Of a stretch of DNA of 64,000 bases, positions 10,391-23,568 are shown in pieces. Source of the DNA: Microthyrium microscopicum (taxonomy: Eukaryota); assembly GCA_010405405.1 (NCBI GenBank), contig MU004231.1:2185860-2249859 (forward strand), read 5' to 3'. A program made the translations under genes and the position numbers. The number at the start of each line of letters is the position of its first letter. Position 1 is the first letter of the stretch. The notes beneath the pieces were generated by a model. That model was given only the letters and a program-made list of their open reading frames with translations. It did no database searches and was not told where the DNA came from.

Positions 10391-13300
10391 AGAGAGTTGG
10401 CTGATTGGGCTGGTGGAGTAGTAGCAGGCTGAATAGGCAGATGAGCCGTAAAGGTTACAGAGACTTGTTGTGTTTCAAGGAAGGAGGTAACATGTAGTCA
10501 GCAGTAGAAGTATTATCGACTCCAAGTCTCGTGGTGCTATGCACTGGTGGGTGATATTGTGGCAGTGGAATTGGGGGAAAGATGGGTCTAGTGATGGGGG
10601 CAAGACGAGGTTTTTGTAGGTGAGATTGGCGTGGAGAGCAATGACAGGCCAAGTGGCATGGATGATTACATGGACCAGGACTTGAGCACGCCAACGTATT
10701 TGAGCAAGCGTCCAGCGTTCTGAGAGGCTGCAGCCGCGTATGCAGGACAAGCGTAGTAGACAATGGGTACCGAAAACTTCTGTTGAAACGCATTATGCTA
10801 GCGTGCCTATTTGGGTCGCGGTCCCACTAAATTTAGCGGGCGTCGCCCCTGCCGGTGGCTGCAGCTTACCCCTGTAGAGGCTTATTTTAGGGCCCTTCAG
10901 TGGTCTTTTGCAAGGTATCTTGAAGTAGTAAAGACGGTAAGTAATCCACATTTAGAAGAAAACTATCCCTGTTAAAACCTTTCATGACCCCTTTTGCCCC
11001 TTCTAGCGCAAGCCAAAAAGCCTCATCTGATCCAAATAGGCACGCTAGCATAATGCGTTTCAACAGAAGTTTTCGGTAAGAGTACCGTAGGTAAGAAGAA
11101 GTCAAGCCATCAAGCGAGAAGAGCACACCATCTGCCAAAGGCGCCTTTTGGTGCAAGGTGCAGGCCAAGCAGCCGTGCTTGGATCAAAGCTGGCTTTGGG
11201 TAAATCGCTCCCAGGATCACACCAATTTGATCCACTTTCAATATGGGGCCAGACAGCAGGCATAATCTGTTGCCCCTCTTGCATTTCCTCCCATGTTGAT
11301 TGTTGAACCCCCCTTGGTATTTCCAGCATTGAACCAATATATCCAGGGGGGTGTACAGAGGGTCGAAAGGTCAAAGTGTCAAAGAGACGAAGAATGGATG
11401 CAAATGCAGCACACAGCAGCATTACGGACCAACTTGAGCCTGTTGACTGGTGGACCGACAATAATGATGAGCAACTTGTTGACCCAACTTGTCGCTCGTT
11501 TCATTTCCCAGCGGCCTGCCAACCTGCCAAAGTACCGGTACCAAAACTGCCTGCCAATGTATGATGTCCAGCGAAACTCTATCCATGCCCGGCCTCAATC
11601 CCTCCTCTGGAACTGCTTGGCTGCTTCAACATCCTTCCTGCTCCTTCCATTGCCATCAAGTAACACTGCACGGCGCCAAAACCCATTCCACGTCTCCACT
11701 CCGTTGAATCCATTCATGCTATCAAGCGCTGGCAGTCTTCCGTTGGATCGCCTCCAGCCCGTGCACTGTACACACAGCATTTTTTTCTCTCGCAATTTTT
11801 TTTATTCTCTCTGACGAGACAAACTCGAGCCACCAAGGAAACACAGCTTTCTACCACGGGCCTTGTGCTCTGAGCTCTTCTCATCGCCGCCAGCGGCTGG
11901 CCCCGGGACACTATCGACCAGGTTGCATTTCCAGTTTGAGCCACCTGCATACGAGGCGTGGGGTTCTTTTATTTTTCTCTTTAAGCGCCAGAGCCACTGC
12001 TGTCCGTGAACCATGCGCTCCCCTCCTCTGCCAGACTGGTCGTAAAACTTGTGCCAGGGCGGGCACTCGGTTCAGGTCTCGAGAACTGTTTTGCGAAAGC
12101 AGTACCACCCTTGGCCGCTAGAACATCAGGCGAGTCTTGGACGTCCACGAGAAGGAGGCCTCCTGGTGCTAAACTGGCGTTCTTGTGCTGCCTCAACTAC
12201 CGCCAGTCTCGTGCTCATGCCTCCAACATTATTCAAGCAAACAAAACATTCAGACCATGTGGCTGGGACAAGTGCGGCGAATCCTTTCCCCACAAGGTAC
12301 GACATTGTGAGACTATTCCCATAGGCTGAATCATCATTCGATCCCATGAGCTGTTGGGGTGTGAACACCAGTTCTGTCTATGACTGCCTCGATAATAGGC
12401 AAAGAGTATGGTACCACCACCTTGTTGCCGTAGTCACCTGTTCAACGTCTGGAATGCGAAAAGCTAGTCACGCCTGTCTCAATTCATTCCGATAACAACA
12501 ATTGCATGATTCTGGGACTATAATGCGATACTGAACGGTCCTATTCTGAGACTCTAGACCGGCCGGATCATATATTGCAGGGCTCTCATGCAGATGCGAC
12601 GGCCCTGTTGGAGCATAAAGTTTTTGTACCACTACGAATGCTCTGCCGTAGGTACATTCAGATTACTTGTTTGCTTCGATTCCGGGTTCCCCCACTGAAC
12701 GTTTGCGGATCGAGAGGAGACACTATGACTATCATATAGGAGTGTACGGATCATCAGATCCGATAGCATCGACACTTGTGGTCGTAAAAGTGGTGAAGCC
12801 GAATTCCGTGTTTCCCCAGATTACAAGTCGATTCGATCTATTTCGGTACCAATTCAAGATGGTCCAAGCTGGAAGTCTGTCAAGACTCAGCAAGAAGCAA
12901 AGATGTTGGTGGCTGAACCATCAACGTTGGAGATCGAGCAAATAAGAACCAATACTTTTTCGGAAAGTTGCCTCGCTAGATCCACCAAGGCACATCTATC
13001 CCAGAGCGGTAAAGTGGTCATGTACGAGGCCGATTTGGAGTTCATTCAGACCCTTTGAATCAGCGTTCCTGAGCAGGTTCCTTGCCAAGTAAGCACTTGA
13101 TATCCACCTAGAGTGTTTGATATCCTGAGAGCCTAGGCAGACGCGGTAATAAGGTTTCACAGCTGAGAATCATTGAGCGCGATAAACAATCTGCAATATC
13201 GATACTGATGTCAGAAAAGACGGGATTTTGCTCGGATATACGCGGCCAGAGTATCATTTCCACCAAATTGGCGAGGGTCGCACAATGAATAACATCGTAA

Positions 13301-14413
13301 GAAGAGGCTTTTCAAGATTTTCTATGCCATGTTGTCTCCAAGGTTCGCATTGGCTGATGATAGGTCTTCATTGCTCAGTCTTCACCCATACAGCTGCAAC
13401 CTGCTGCAGGTCGCGGGGAAAATATCTGCGTGCTGAAGGGGCGTGTTCAGAACGTGTCAATGTGCCATTCCTCAAATTTCAATGCGCCGTACATAATGCC
13501 TCGGCCCTCGGCCTATTATCTCAGCGTTTCCTTTCCTCTTAAACAATCAAGCGAAGAGACAAGCCATCGTCAATCACAAAAACAAGGAAATAGGCGAAAC
13601 CCATTAGGCGTATTGCCGCTGTTTGCGCCGCGCCTCCAACCTCTCCGTCGCGAAAGATAAAAACAGTCGAAGCGAACTCCAAGGCTTCCAACTCCAAAGC
13701 CTGGGGAAGCGAAAAAACATGGCCCTGGCAGAGTGCAGCAGAGCGATCCGCGAGCTTGCTGCTGCTGACTTGCAGCAGCGATGGCCGCCATGTCTGCATA
13801 TCATTCGTTCAAGTGGAAGCTAGCTGAGCTAGACAAGCATGGCACAGATATCATCCGCTGTCAAGACAGGGAAGACGTCTTGAGTGTAATTGCGCTAAAA
13901 AGCAACTCCCCACGCCCAGCCGTGGGGATATGAAAGTCAAAGTTGAGGGCTTTGGAAGCTTTGCCAGAGCTTGGGTCGCTGCCATATCAAATCAACTCTG
14001 GTTGAAGCAAAGCCATTGCTATAGAACTTATGGCTATCCATCTAAAATAGATGCGCCCCTCATTTATCAACCAGTTGGCTGGGTGATGTTTCCCCGGCAA
14101 TGTAGAGGGCATCAGCAAAGAGAGTCGGCACCACTCAATGCCGAGTTTGCTCAAAGCTCGCTCACCATTAAGTGTCTGTTGTAAAAGCTTTGGTTGCAGA
14201 ATTTGGAAGAAGATTTTGAAGCTTCCGTCTCAGACGAACGGCGAGGAGACGAACCACAAACGGGCCATAGCGGCCCGCACTTTTTCGCAAGCGTTTAAAC
14301 GACATTTCAGCGACACGCCTTGCAACGCCATACAAGCCACCTGCGTTCCGCATTGTCTTGACTCTTAAGCCCCAAATGCAACGCTAAGCAAGCAAGCATC
14401 GCGAACTGGTCGC

Positions 14414-14449
14414 AAGCACGCAGCGGTTCGTAAGCACGCAGCGGTTCGT
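14414..14449. repeat. Perfect 18-bp tandem duplication (AAGCACGCAGCGGTTCGT)x2
   Basis: Directly visible. Confidence 0.9.
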
Positions 14450-14807
14450 CCCCAGGTCTTCATGTTTTGCCCGCAAGGGTCAAGCGTTGAACGCCTTAGC
14501 GAAGATAAACCTCACAATCTTTTGTGGCGTTTTGAACCTTTCCTTCATCGCCCGAGTTCTTGTGTCACTTACTGGTTGGTCGAGCGTTGCCTTTGAGTCT
14601 GATGCCAGATGGAGTCTCTTTCTTTTTGCTTCCCCGCAAAACAATATCGCGGGCGGGGTCTGACAAAATGGCAACGTGCATGATCAGGAGAAACTTCAAA
14701 TTTCCGGCCAATCCGGATCTGAATTGGCTGGAGCTATTGTACTACATTGGCGGAGATAAATCGTACTGTCGTTCCTGAGATGTTCATGATCTTCCCACTC
14801 GGAAGGG

Positions 14808-14843
14808 GATGATAACTTGGACAGAGATGATAACTTGGACAGA
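14808..14843. repeat. Perfect 18-bp tandem duplication (GATGATAACTTGGACAGA)x2
   Basis: Directly visible. Confidence 0.9.
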
Positions 14844-15277
14844 GCAGTCTTGATACGCAATGTACCGAGAGAGCAAGCACGAGTGATGATCCGCTACCTT
14901 CCTTCTCCAATCGTTCAAAAGCGAAATGCTCAGTGGTCAGTCGCAAGATTTCTTCAATCTTGATATCGACTCGGCTCTACTACAAACTCCCTGTTACAAC
15001 TCAACAGGCGTCCCTTTCAAGCCACACCTTCACTTCGTTTAAGCATCTTGAACTCCAGCTAAACGCCTCCATACAACCGAGTTATACCTCATTCAAACCA
15101 TGAAATCGTGGAGATACAAGGAGGCCCCAGCTCAATCCCACTGCACTCGCCAAAACATATCTGCACGACATGCATTGATATATCGTGCCAACCCCCGCTT
15201 TGTGTGCACTTTCACTGCGACTTGAACAAACTAAGACAAAGGCTGGGAATAATACAACCAGTACGAGAACGTAGATC

Positions 15278-17032
15278 ATGTAGTCCAAGCTCTTGTCCAG
15301 CTTAAGAACACTTTTGATGAAATGCTCTAATGAACAAGTGGGGTACATATTCAATTTCTGCAGGTTGCTGTCTCTTGTTTGTAACTCGTGTGCTTGTCCT
15401 TGTCAGTATACTTTGCAGTTTATATGGGGGCAACCAGCTCCTCGGGTTGGCTAGAACAGGGAAAACAATCTCAGAAACTACTGTAGATTGAGAATTCACG
15501 ATAACGAGGATATTGAAGCACCTTATCGCAGCCCTTCCTGGTTGAAAGCTGGACAGGGTTTGGAATGGGGGTATGAGGCATCAGAGGGATTCGAAAGGGG
15601 CTACCAGTTTGGAGTATTTGATATTGAATAGGATGATTTTGCCCCATGGTTTAGGATTCCGATGGCCCCCTAGGTAGGCAAAGCAGGTAATTTCGTAGAG
15701 CTTGCATTTCACACGGGAGGATGCAGTGATGCTGGCTCATACAGGATGCGACTGGGATCAAAGCTGAAGATCATTAGGGGAAGAAGAAAAAAATTGGTTG
15801 CTCGTTGCTGAGGATAATATCCGAAATGTGCTACGGACTACTTTTGGATGTACCGCATTGTTTCTCTTTATCATGTGGTTCAGTCTTCCTATTTTGACAT
15901 CAGGCATATCGGAAGGGGTCACATTGTTCTCACGGGTAGGTACAGAATCGAGTTGAGGAGAAATGCTGTACTTTCCCACCTGCATGATGAAAGTCACGAG
16001 CAAGATATACGTCAATTCTGCTGTGGAAATGTGCACAGTATGTGCCGGGGATAAACTCCACTGAAACATGCTTGAAACCATGGAAGCTACTTTGCTGTCG
16101 TGAGCTCTTACTAATATTTCGCGACTGTGGCGCGAGACTGGTGTGATCTAAGCAAAGAAGTATTAACGTTGGACGGGCTATAGTTCATGACCTTCCAGAA
16201 TCAGTCGCATCGTCAGCAAGGAATATGGAAAAGTCTTTGCAACTCGGCCTGCTCGGGCCCTGATTGCCCTGTTCGTGGGATCCAAAAGCTTTGATGCTCT
16301 TATTAGCATGGATATCTAGGGATAATCTCGTCGCAGACATATTGATATTGGGCAACAGTGGGGAGAGATCGTCTTTTGTTCGATCAATGACGATTTAATA
16401 AAGACAACCTCAGGGCTATTTTTATTCGCCAGAATGCTAATTCTTTGCGTAGGATTGGTAAGAGGATTCGAGATGCTGGATGCAAATCAAAAGGTTATCT
16501 TGTGTTTGCTTGCGCGTCGAGTGGAATCTTGGAAGATTGGTGAGATTGCCGTACTTCCGCAAACACTGAAATCTCCTGAAACCGGGAATGAATATTTTTG
16601 GGTTGAAGAATTGTAAAGTCATAGCTGGGAATACGAACTTAATATTATTACAAATCGATGATGATCTCCGATCTGAGGGATCTTGTAGTGGCGATGTCTC
16701 CCATCGAGTGTACCAATAACTCCATGGATGTTTGGATCACGATAGACATAGTATTCGACGACAAGGTAGACAGACACGCTGCAGGATCACAAGCTAAAGC
16801 TTATAAACTGCTCAATGCAAATGTGAGACGTTTGAAGTAGGTACATGTGAAGATGATAGAGGCTCAATTCCAGAAAGTTCGCCCTCAGTCTTACGGTAAT
16901 TGTCAAGGAGGTATGAACACTTCCAATCTGCAACCATTTACTATACTGTATTGTGTTCTTATCTCTAGTAAAGCAACTGATGTGCCGAATAGTGAAATCT
17001 ATTATCAATCTCCCGCTCACAACTTTTGCTGA
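15278..17032 (+). pseudogene. Possible decayed F-box-like gene
   Basis: ATG-TAG at 15278, then in-frame LLMKCSNEQVGYIFNFCRLLSLVC (F-box-like spacing). Downstream broken fragments (VLPQTLKS, ISDLRDLVVAM) in several frames with many stops. Confidence 0.3.
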
Positions 17033-17582
17033 AACTGTACTGCTAGAAGCCATGACCTGAATGGAGCTTACAAGCGTCGTTGTGATGTTACACAGGTACT
17101 ATCCACCCCAACGATGACTTCTGGATGGCTGTCGCTACTTGTACAGAGAATGTATATCACACCTGCTGCCACAGTATGCTTTCTAAGGAGCATAACTTGT
17201 CCGTACTCCACGCGCCAAGAAAACCTTCGAGTTCTCTAAAGAGAAACCTTCTTCGTAGTTACTAAGATATTCCTACTGTGTAAGCGAAGGATTATGTGTA
17301 GATATTGCCTTATATCGAATTTGAGATTTTGGTTTGGACGCAACATGTGGATTTAGGGTCTGTATCGCCATGTCCGCAGATCTACAGAGTTTGATGAGCC
17401 TAACCCAGACCATCTATTTCCGTATATCTTATTCATCTTCAGCAGGAAGCCGTATGCCGAAGCACCATGTCGGAGACTTTCAATTCGTTAATCGGTAATG
17501 AAAACGCGGGGTGAAATCAACCTCGATAGTCGTCGGGGGCCACTTTGTGGACAATGGGTCATTATTCTTAGCAGTCTAATTA

Positions 17583-18344
17583 TTACTCCACCGTGCCGCC
17601 TTTGCGGTAAGAGACCTTTTCGACGGCCACATTCTCTACGCCGCTATCATCCTTTTTGAGTTGGTAGACGTACAAGACTAGGACGTCTCCTTGAACCTAG
17701 AAACCAGTCAATATTGCCTTCATTTGTATGGTTGGCCGTCCACTTACATCCATAAGCACAAAGCTTGGAGTGGGATCTTCCTCCTCAGTCCACCATCCAG
17801 TAGTCATAGCTCCTGTCGCGCTTCCAGGGTTTACGAAAAATTTCCCTTCCATCTCGTATGCTTCGAATCGATGTGTGCCTCCCCATAGTAGAACATCAAC
17901 GTCCATCTGCCTTGCTGCTATCAACAAACTGTCGGCGTCACCAGGAGGTATTATAGAATGGCCATGAGTGAAGCCTATTCTGAGCGAGCCGTGCGTAACG
18001 ACTTTTGAGAGAGCAAGCGTGGGGGTTTCGGTGTCAAAGTCGCCTTTGACGACTTGAAGGTCTGGTGCGATGTTGCGAAGGAATTCGGTGGTTTCGCGGT
18101 CTGTCAAGTTGCCTAGACATAAGATCTGACCGATTTTGCCCGGAGAGAGGAGCTTTCTGAACTATAATCGTCCTATCTTAGTCTCTCAAATTATGACAGC
18201 GGAAGTATGGTGATAGTACCTTTGCAGGAATGCCCTGAAGACGCCCAATTAGCTCTGGAGACCTTCCAACTCTGTCGCTTTACTTACTGCAACCCGATCA
18301 GGTATGAACAGGTCTCCCAGACATAATACCAGCCGCGACGTCAT
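17583..18344 (-). CDS. VPS29: Retromer subunit Vps29
   Basis: MTSRLVLCLGDLFIPDR, 15-nt micro-exon 18220-18234 (GIPAK), FRKLLSPGKIGQILCLGNL, VKGDFD, THGH, FFVNPGSATGA, PSFVLMD. Confidence 0.95.
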
Positions 18345-19206
18345 CCTGATATGCTGAGCGTCTGAATTTGAAGCAACGAGTGTTTATCGAAGGTTGCCTG
18401 AAGGAAGCAGAGGTTGGAAGTTGAAGTGGTGCGGCCTCGCGACGTCAAGTGGCTTGGAGAGCTCGGCCAATGAGCAAGAGCGCCACGATGACAGGGCGCG
18501 TTCATTTCTCCTTTTTGGATTTGAAAAACGTCAACAATCTCAGGGGTACATCTCGTCAATTTTTTGGTGGTGAGCTCTTCTCTGGTACGTGATATCAAAA
18601 TCTCCCCCTCAAAATCTTTACTTCCCCTCTCAGAAGAACTAGTGACTCACAGCTTACAAGGCTCTACGGGAATAAACTCAAATTTCACACACATCGCGAA
18701 AAAACCACGATCCCGGTCATCAAGCACTATCGCTAAAGTTACACACCGCTTCACCTCGAGTTCTAAGCATCCACGCGCCGAGTCCCAATCTGCAAATCGC
18801 TCTCAACAGCAACAGCATAATCCTGCAGTCAGGCACGTAGACAAAACTCAACTTCCGAACTTCGCCGTACCCCGAGGCCGGAATCATCCTGGCTGCCATA
18901 ACCCCGCGAGCCATTTGGCGTGGAATCAATCGCCCCGCAATCCTGGCGTCCCGAGCTCGCCCACGACTGAACCTCTTTGCAAGACATCTTGCATCGAGGC
19001 CAGTCTTTGAACTCAATACACCATTTTCAATTGAACGCTCTACTTCATCCGACGACGACGCCGAGATCAGCTCCGATCAATCGAGAAGCATTCTACAACA
19101 GAAGATAAGCGACAAGAAGCCCAAAGTACCGAAAGACCCAGTCAAGGATATCGTAACAGAACTATCAAAACCTATAGCAGCGTCCGAAAAGAAGACAATC
19201 GCAAAG

Positions 19207-20461
19207 ATGTCGTTTCAAGAACCTCACCCAGCGCTTTTGATACCCGGTCCAATTGAGATTGACGATGATGTTGCAAGGACAATGGGGTTCCACAGGTATG
19301 TAATGTTAAATCTAGAATTTTCTCACTCTAACATTTGATTTAGTGAATCGCACGTTGGCATGCCGTTCGTAAACGTGTTCGGGGACACCTTGGCTCAATT
19401 ACGAAAGCTCTTCCAGACCACAGATCCTGCCTCCCAACCATTCGTCATCTCAGGTTCCGGAACACTTGGATGGGACCAGATCGCTTCAAACCTTACCGAG
19501 CCAGGTGATAAAGTCTTGGTTCTTCATACTGGATACTTCGCGGATTCTTTTGCCGACTGCTTCGCCGCATATGGTGTTGAAGCCACCCAACTCAAAGCGC
19601 CCATTGGCGAAAGTCCCTCTCCCGATGAAATTGAAAAGGCTTTGAAGGAAAACAAGTACAAGGCGGTTACGATCACACACGTTGACACTTCTACTGGAGT
19701 TCTTAGCAATCCCAAGGTCATCTCAGATCTTGTCCATCGTGTCAGCCCAGAAACCCTGGTTATTGTGGATGGCGTGTGCAGCGTGGGCTCGGAAGAGATT
19801 CGTTTTGATGACTGGGGTCTGGACGCTGTTATGACTGCCAGCCAGAAAGGTCTTGGAACGCCAGCCGGCCTCAGTGTCTTGATGGTGTCTGGACGTGCTA
19901 TAGAAACCTTCAAGTCTCGAAAATCACCACCAAACTCTTATTTTGCATCATGGAAGAACTGGCTACCAAGTAAGTGTTTTCTTCGCGCCACGTCATTCTG
20001 ACTAACACTTTGAAGTTATGCAAAACTACGAGAACAAGAAGCCATCATACTTCGCTACTCCATCACCACAATTGGTGCGAGCTCTGAACACTTCCTTGAC
20101 CAAAATTCTCGCAGTGCCATTAGAAAAGCGATTTGCCGACCACCAGGCCGCCTCTGACAAGGTCAAGAAGGCCGTTACTGCCCTGGGCTTGAAGCAGCTC
20201 GCTAGCAAGCGCGAAAACCAAGCAAATGGCATGACAGCGATTTATCTTCCAGAGGGCATGTCGCCGCCAGATGTTCTTCCTCATCTCCTGAAAAACGGAG
20301 TCATTTTTGCTGGAGGTCTTCACAAAGAGATTGCCACCAAGTACATCCGCTTTGGTCACATGGGTGTAAGCGTTACAGACACAAGCCGCAACGACATTGA
20401 CAAGGCACTTGAAGCCCTCAAGGGGGGTCTCGTTGCTGCTGGATATAAGGTACCAGAATAG
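19207..20461 (+). CDS. AGX1: Alanine-glyoxylate aminotransferase (class V PLP enzyme), AUG-initiated form
   Basis: MSFQEPHPALLIPGPIE, SGSGTLGWD, THVDTSTG, VDGVCS, TASQKG (PLP lysine), YFATP, RFGHMG; two short introns. Frame is open upstream to 18841 (see findings). Confidence 0.93.
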
Positions 20462-21927
20462 ACTTTGAGTGAGTGATACGATAGATATTTTATTGTAAAA
20501 AGCTGTACAAACTAGGGGAACATATGTTCTAGAACATTAAAAGTATTTTGAGGCAAATCTGGTTATATGAAGCTGCAGTGAAGTTGGTTGATCTCATGAA
20601 TTAGGAATCTGCACCATGACTCGTGGACAGCATTTCAACATCACCTGGCGTGTAGCATCAAAATCGTTTCCCAAAACTTACGGAACTTTTATCATATCTG
20701 CCCGGTAACAGGTCGTCAAATAGATCCGCGCGTCCATTGCTATCGCAATAAAAGCGCTCTGGCATTCTAGTTCTTGAGATGGAGTCGTACAAGTCGCTGC
20801 TCTCTCAACCTGTTTCATCGACAGTCGCATATTATGTACGGCTTCGGCCCCACAGCATATTACCAGATTATTCGCCTGTTGCTGGTCGCTTTTTCAGGGC
20901 TATGTAGTTAGAACAAGCTGCATGTCTCTGATACCCATTTCGTGCCACAATTGCCCAATTCGGCCGTCAGGGGTGGCAGGTTAAACTTGCATATCGCGAC
21001 AAGTAAACGCTCACGCCCTAGCTAGAGTACGATATTGAGGCACTGCTGACGAACTTTAGTCCTCAAAGGATGGTTGAACTCTGATATGGCTAAGAGGAAT
21101 AGCTCCAGGAACACTTTCTTTTTCAACCACGATAGCACAGAGAACTCATCCACGAATCAATGGGCAGTTGCGATCTATCAGTTCATTCTCTGCGACCAAA
21201 CAAACAATGAAGCCCAGATGTTTACAGTGTCCAAGCGTCTAGGCTTAGGTAGACTTGTCAAACATCTGAAGCATCACGGCCTGTGAATCACAACTATAAC
21301 CCGCTGTAATATTCTACCAAAGCACTATTCTTAGCAAGGCAAGCTATCATTGAGCAACTTGTCGAGATCATTTTCACCATAGCATATACTCTTCATTATG
21401 ATTTTAAGAGCAACGAATGTTATACGTAACCACTTCACGACATTCAACAAGTGTTTCTAGTTTTATATCGGTCTCACCCGTGACCGTCCCCGGATAATAG
21501 CTTCTTGGCCATTAGTATTTCGCGTCCAACTGCAACCAAAGTGAAGCAGACCACCATCCGACCAATCGACGAAGCCCAAGGCTGAAGAAACAACACAACC
21601 CTTAAACCTGTCACCCTTTGACCTCTTGACCTCGATGCCCTCCTTCCACGCATCCAACCCAATATCTAGCAAACCAAATTGTCCCATATAGCAAGAAAGT
21701 TTCACCAAGTATCCTCCTAGCAACGTAGACGATAGAAGAAAATGTTTACCAGGAAAGGGCTATGGGGTATCTGCCTCATACAAGCTATCGTTCAATGTTT
21801 TGTTTTGTCGTTGCAAATAGCAAGTCCCCTTCTAGTAGTTGTGTTCTGTTCTATTAAAGATCTTGAGGGTCTTCGATATTGGTGTGCGTACGTTTGGCGC
21901 CGTCCCTAATCTTTACACGTTCAAAAT

Positions 21928-23568
21928 ATGCGGTTCTATCTACTCTCGTGGCTGTGCGCGGCTGGCTTCACGCTGGCTCAATCGCCTGTTGGCGTTTGGC
22001 CTCAGGTACCTAATCCGCTGATAGTCACTTATGGAGGTCAGCAAATTCCGGTGGGATCTAATGTACAAAAGACAAGTAAGTTTGATGACATTCGCTCATG
22101 TTAGATGCTAATATGCTGTAGCGTTGGGGATGTTTCCGCAGCTTGGCCTTCCGCCTGGCTCAGTCAGTAATGGGCAAAAGTTCTTATTTATAATGTTAGG
22201 TAAGTTTTAACACTCTCTAAGGCGAACTGTAGACCTGACTGACATGATGATATGTAGATATCGATGCGTATGTTCATCCTGCTTCGAGAAGGTTGCAGTG
22301 TCTCTAACAGTGATAGGAATGGCGCCGTGGTGAAAGTTCAACAGACGGGATCGTATCCAACTCCTTCAGCGGCTATGCCCATGGCATCATCAATAGCAGC
22401 AGCAGCTCCTTCTGGGGCAATTGCACCAGACCTACAGCCAGCAGATCCTCAACATCTGGGTGGCGCCAGCACACATCTCATGAGCATGGTCCAAGACTTT
22501 TCATTTACAACCTCTCTTCTCGGAGCAACAGGAGGAACGTACCTTGCTCAAGGAAATAATGGACCGGTGCCATACATAATCCCCAATCCTATTGGCGGCC
22601 ACCGCTACTTGATGCTTCTCCTCGATCAACCCACAGGCTGGAGCGTCCCACCGGCCGTCCAATCCTTAATGGACTCTCGATCCGAATTCGATATCCGCGC
22701 CTTCGTCAACCAATCCGGCCTAGGTGTTCCTCGCTACGGCAGCTGGTTCGTCGTCGTCGGCGATGGTAAGTTCCCCATACCTCACCACCAACCCCATCAC
22801 CACTAACAACATCTCCCAGCAAATGCCAGCGCTGCTCCATCCGCCACACCCACACCATCCTCCTCCTCCAAAGTCGCACCAGCAACCGGCCTCATCGCCG
22901 AAACCCCCAGCACTCCCACCACCACCGCAGGAGCCAACGACGGCACCCTCCAAGTCGCCTCGCCCGTCGCCGCGCCCGCCGACGCAGGACTCACTTACCT
23001 GACGACCACCACCATCCCCGCCGGCGGACCAACACTAATCTACTCAACAACCGGCACGCCCGGCACCCTCGCCTCCCCAATCCCCACCACAATAATGACA
23101 ATCCTAACCCCCGCCTCCGGCGGCGGCCCCCTCAGCACTCTAACCACCACCTCCCTCATCGCTGCGCAAGGAGGCGTTGGTAGTCCGGGCATAAGCACCT
23201 TCTACACGACCGGCTTCCTCGGCTTCACCGTCCTAACATCTCGCTCAACCAGTATATACAGCACGACAGCCGTGGGCGCAAATGGAGCACTAAGTGTATA
23301 CAAGACGACGTCAGCGAGCACGGTGACGAGAGCGTTTAGTGGCGTGAGTCATATTAGTTTGAGCACATATGTTACTGCGCAGACGAGGACGTTGACGACG
23401 ACGGGGGTTGTGCAGGGCGTGTTTGGGACGTTTACGGGGACGTTTACTAGTGTGGGGACGACGACGAGTGCGGCGCCGGCGCTGGTGGGTGAGGCGACGG
23501 GGGTGCCGAGGGTGAGGTATGGGCCGGTGCTTGGGTTGGCGGTGGCGGGTGTAGCGATGGTGTTGTAG
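21928..23568 (+). CDS. Secreted PEBP (phosphatidylethanolamine-binding) domain protein with Thr/Pro-rich stalk and probable GPI signal
   Basis: Signal peptide MRFYLLSWLCAAGFTLA; FLFIML-DID (10-nt micro-exon 22258-22267), PYIIPNP.GGHRYLMLLLDQP, FDIRAFV..SGLG; Thr-rich region; hydrophobic C-terminus VLGLAVAGVAMVL. Confidence 0.8.

Noticed and set aside
11293..11814. 173-aa ORF upstream of Ecl1
   Set aside because: Non-ATG start, no domain, and composition typical of non-coding DNA.
14414..14843. CRISPR-like direct repeats
   Set aside because: Each is a two-copy tandem duplication without spacers, in a eukaryotic genome.
18564..19010. 148-aa ORF upstream of the aminotransferase
   Set aside because: Non-ATG start, different frame and no motifs; the in-frame extension explains the region better.
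20459..20480. Cryptic PTS1 by stop-codon readthrough of the aminotransferase
   Set aside because: The context is TAG-ACT and the extension (TLSE*) has no SKL-like ending.
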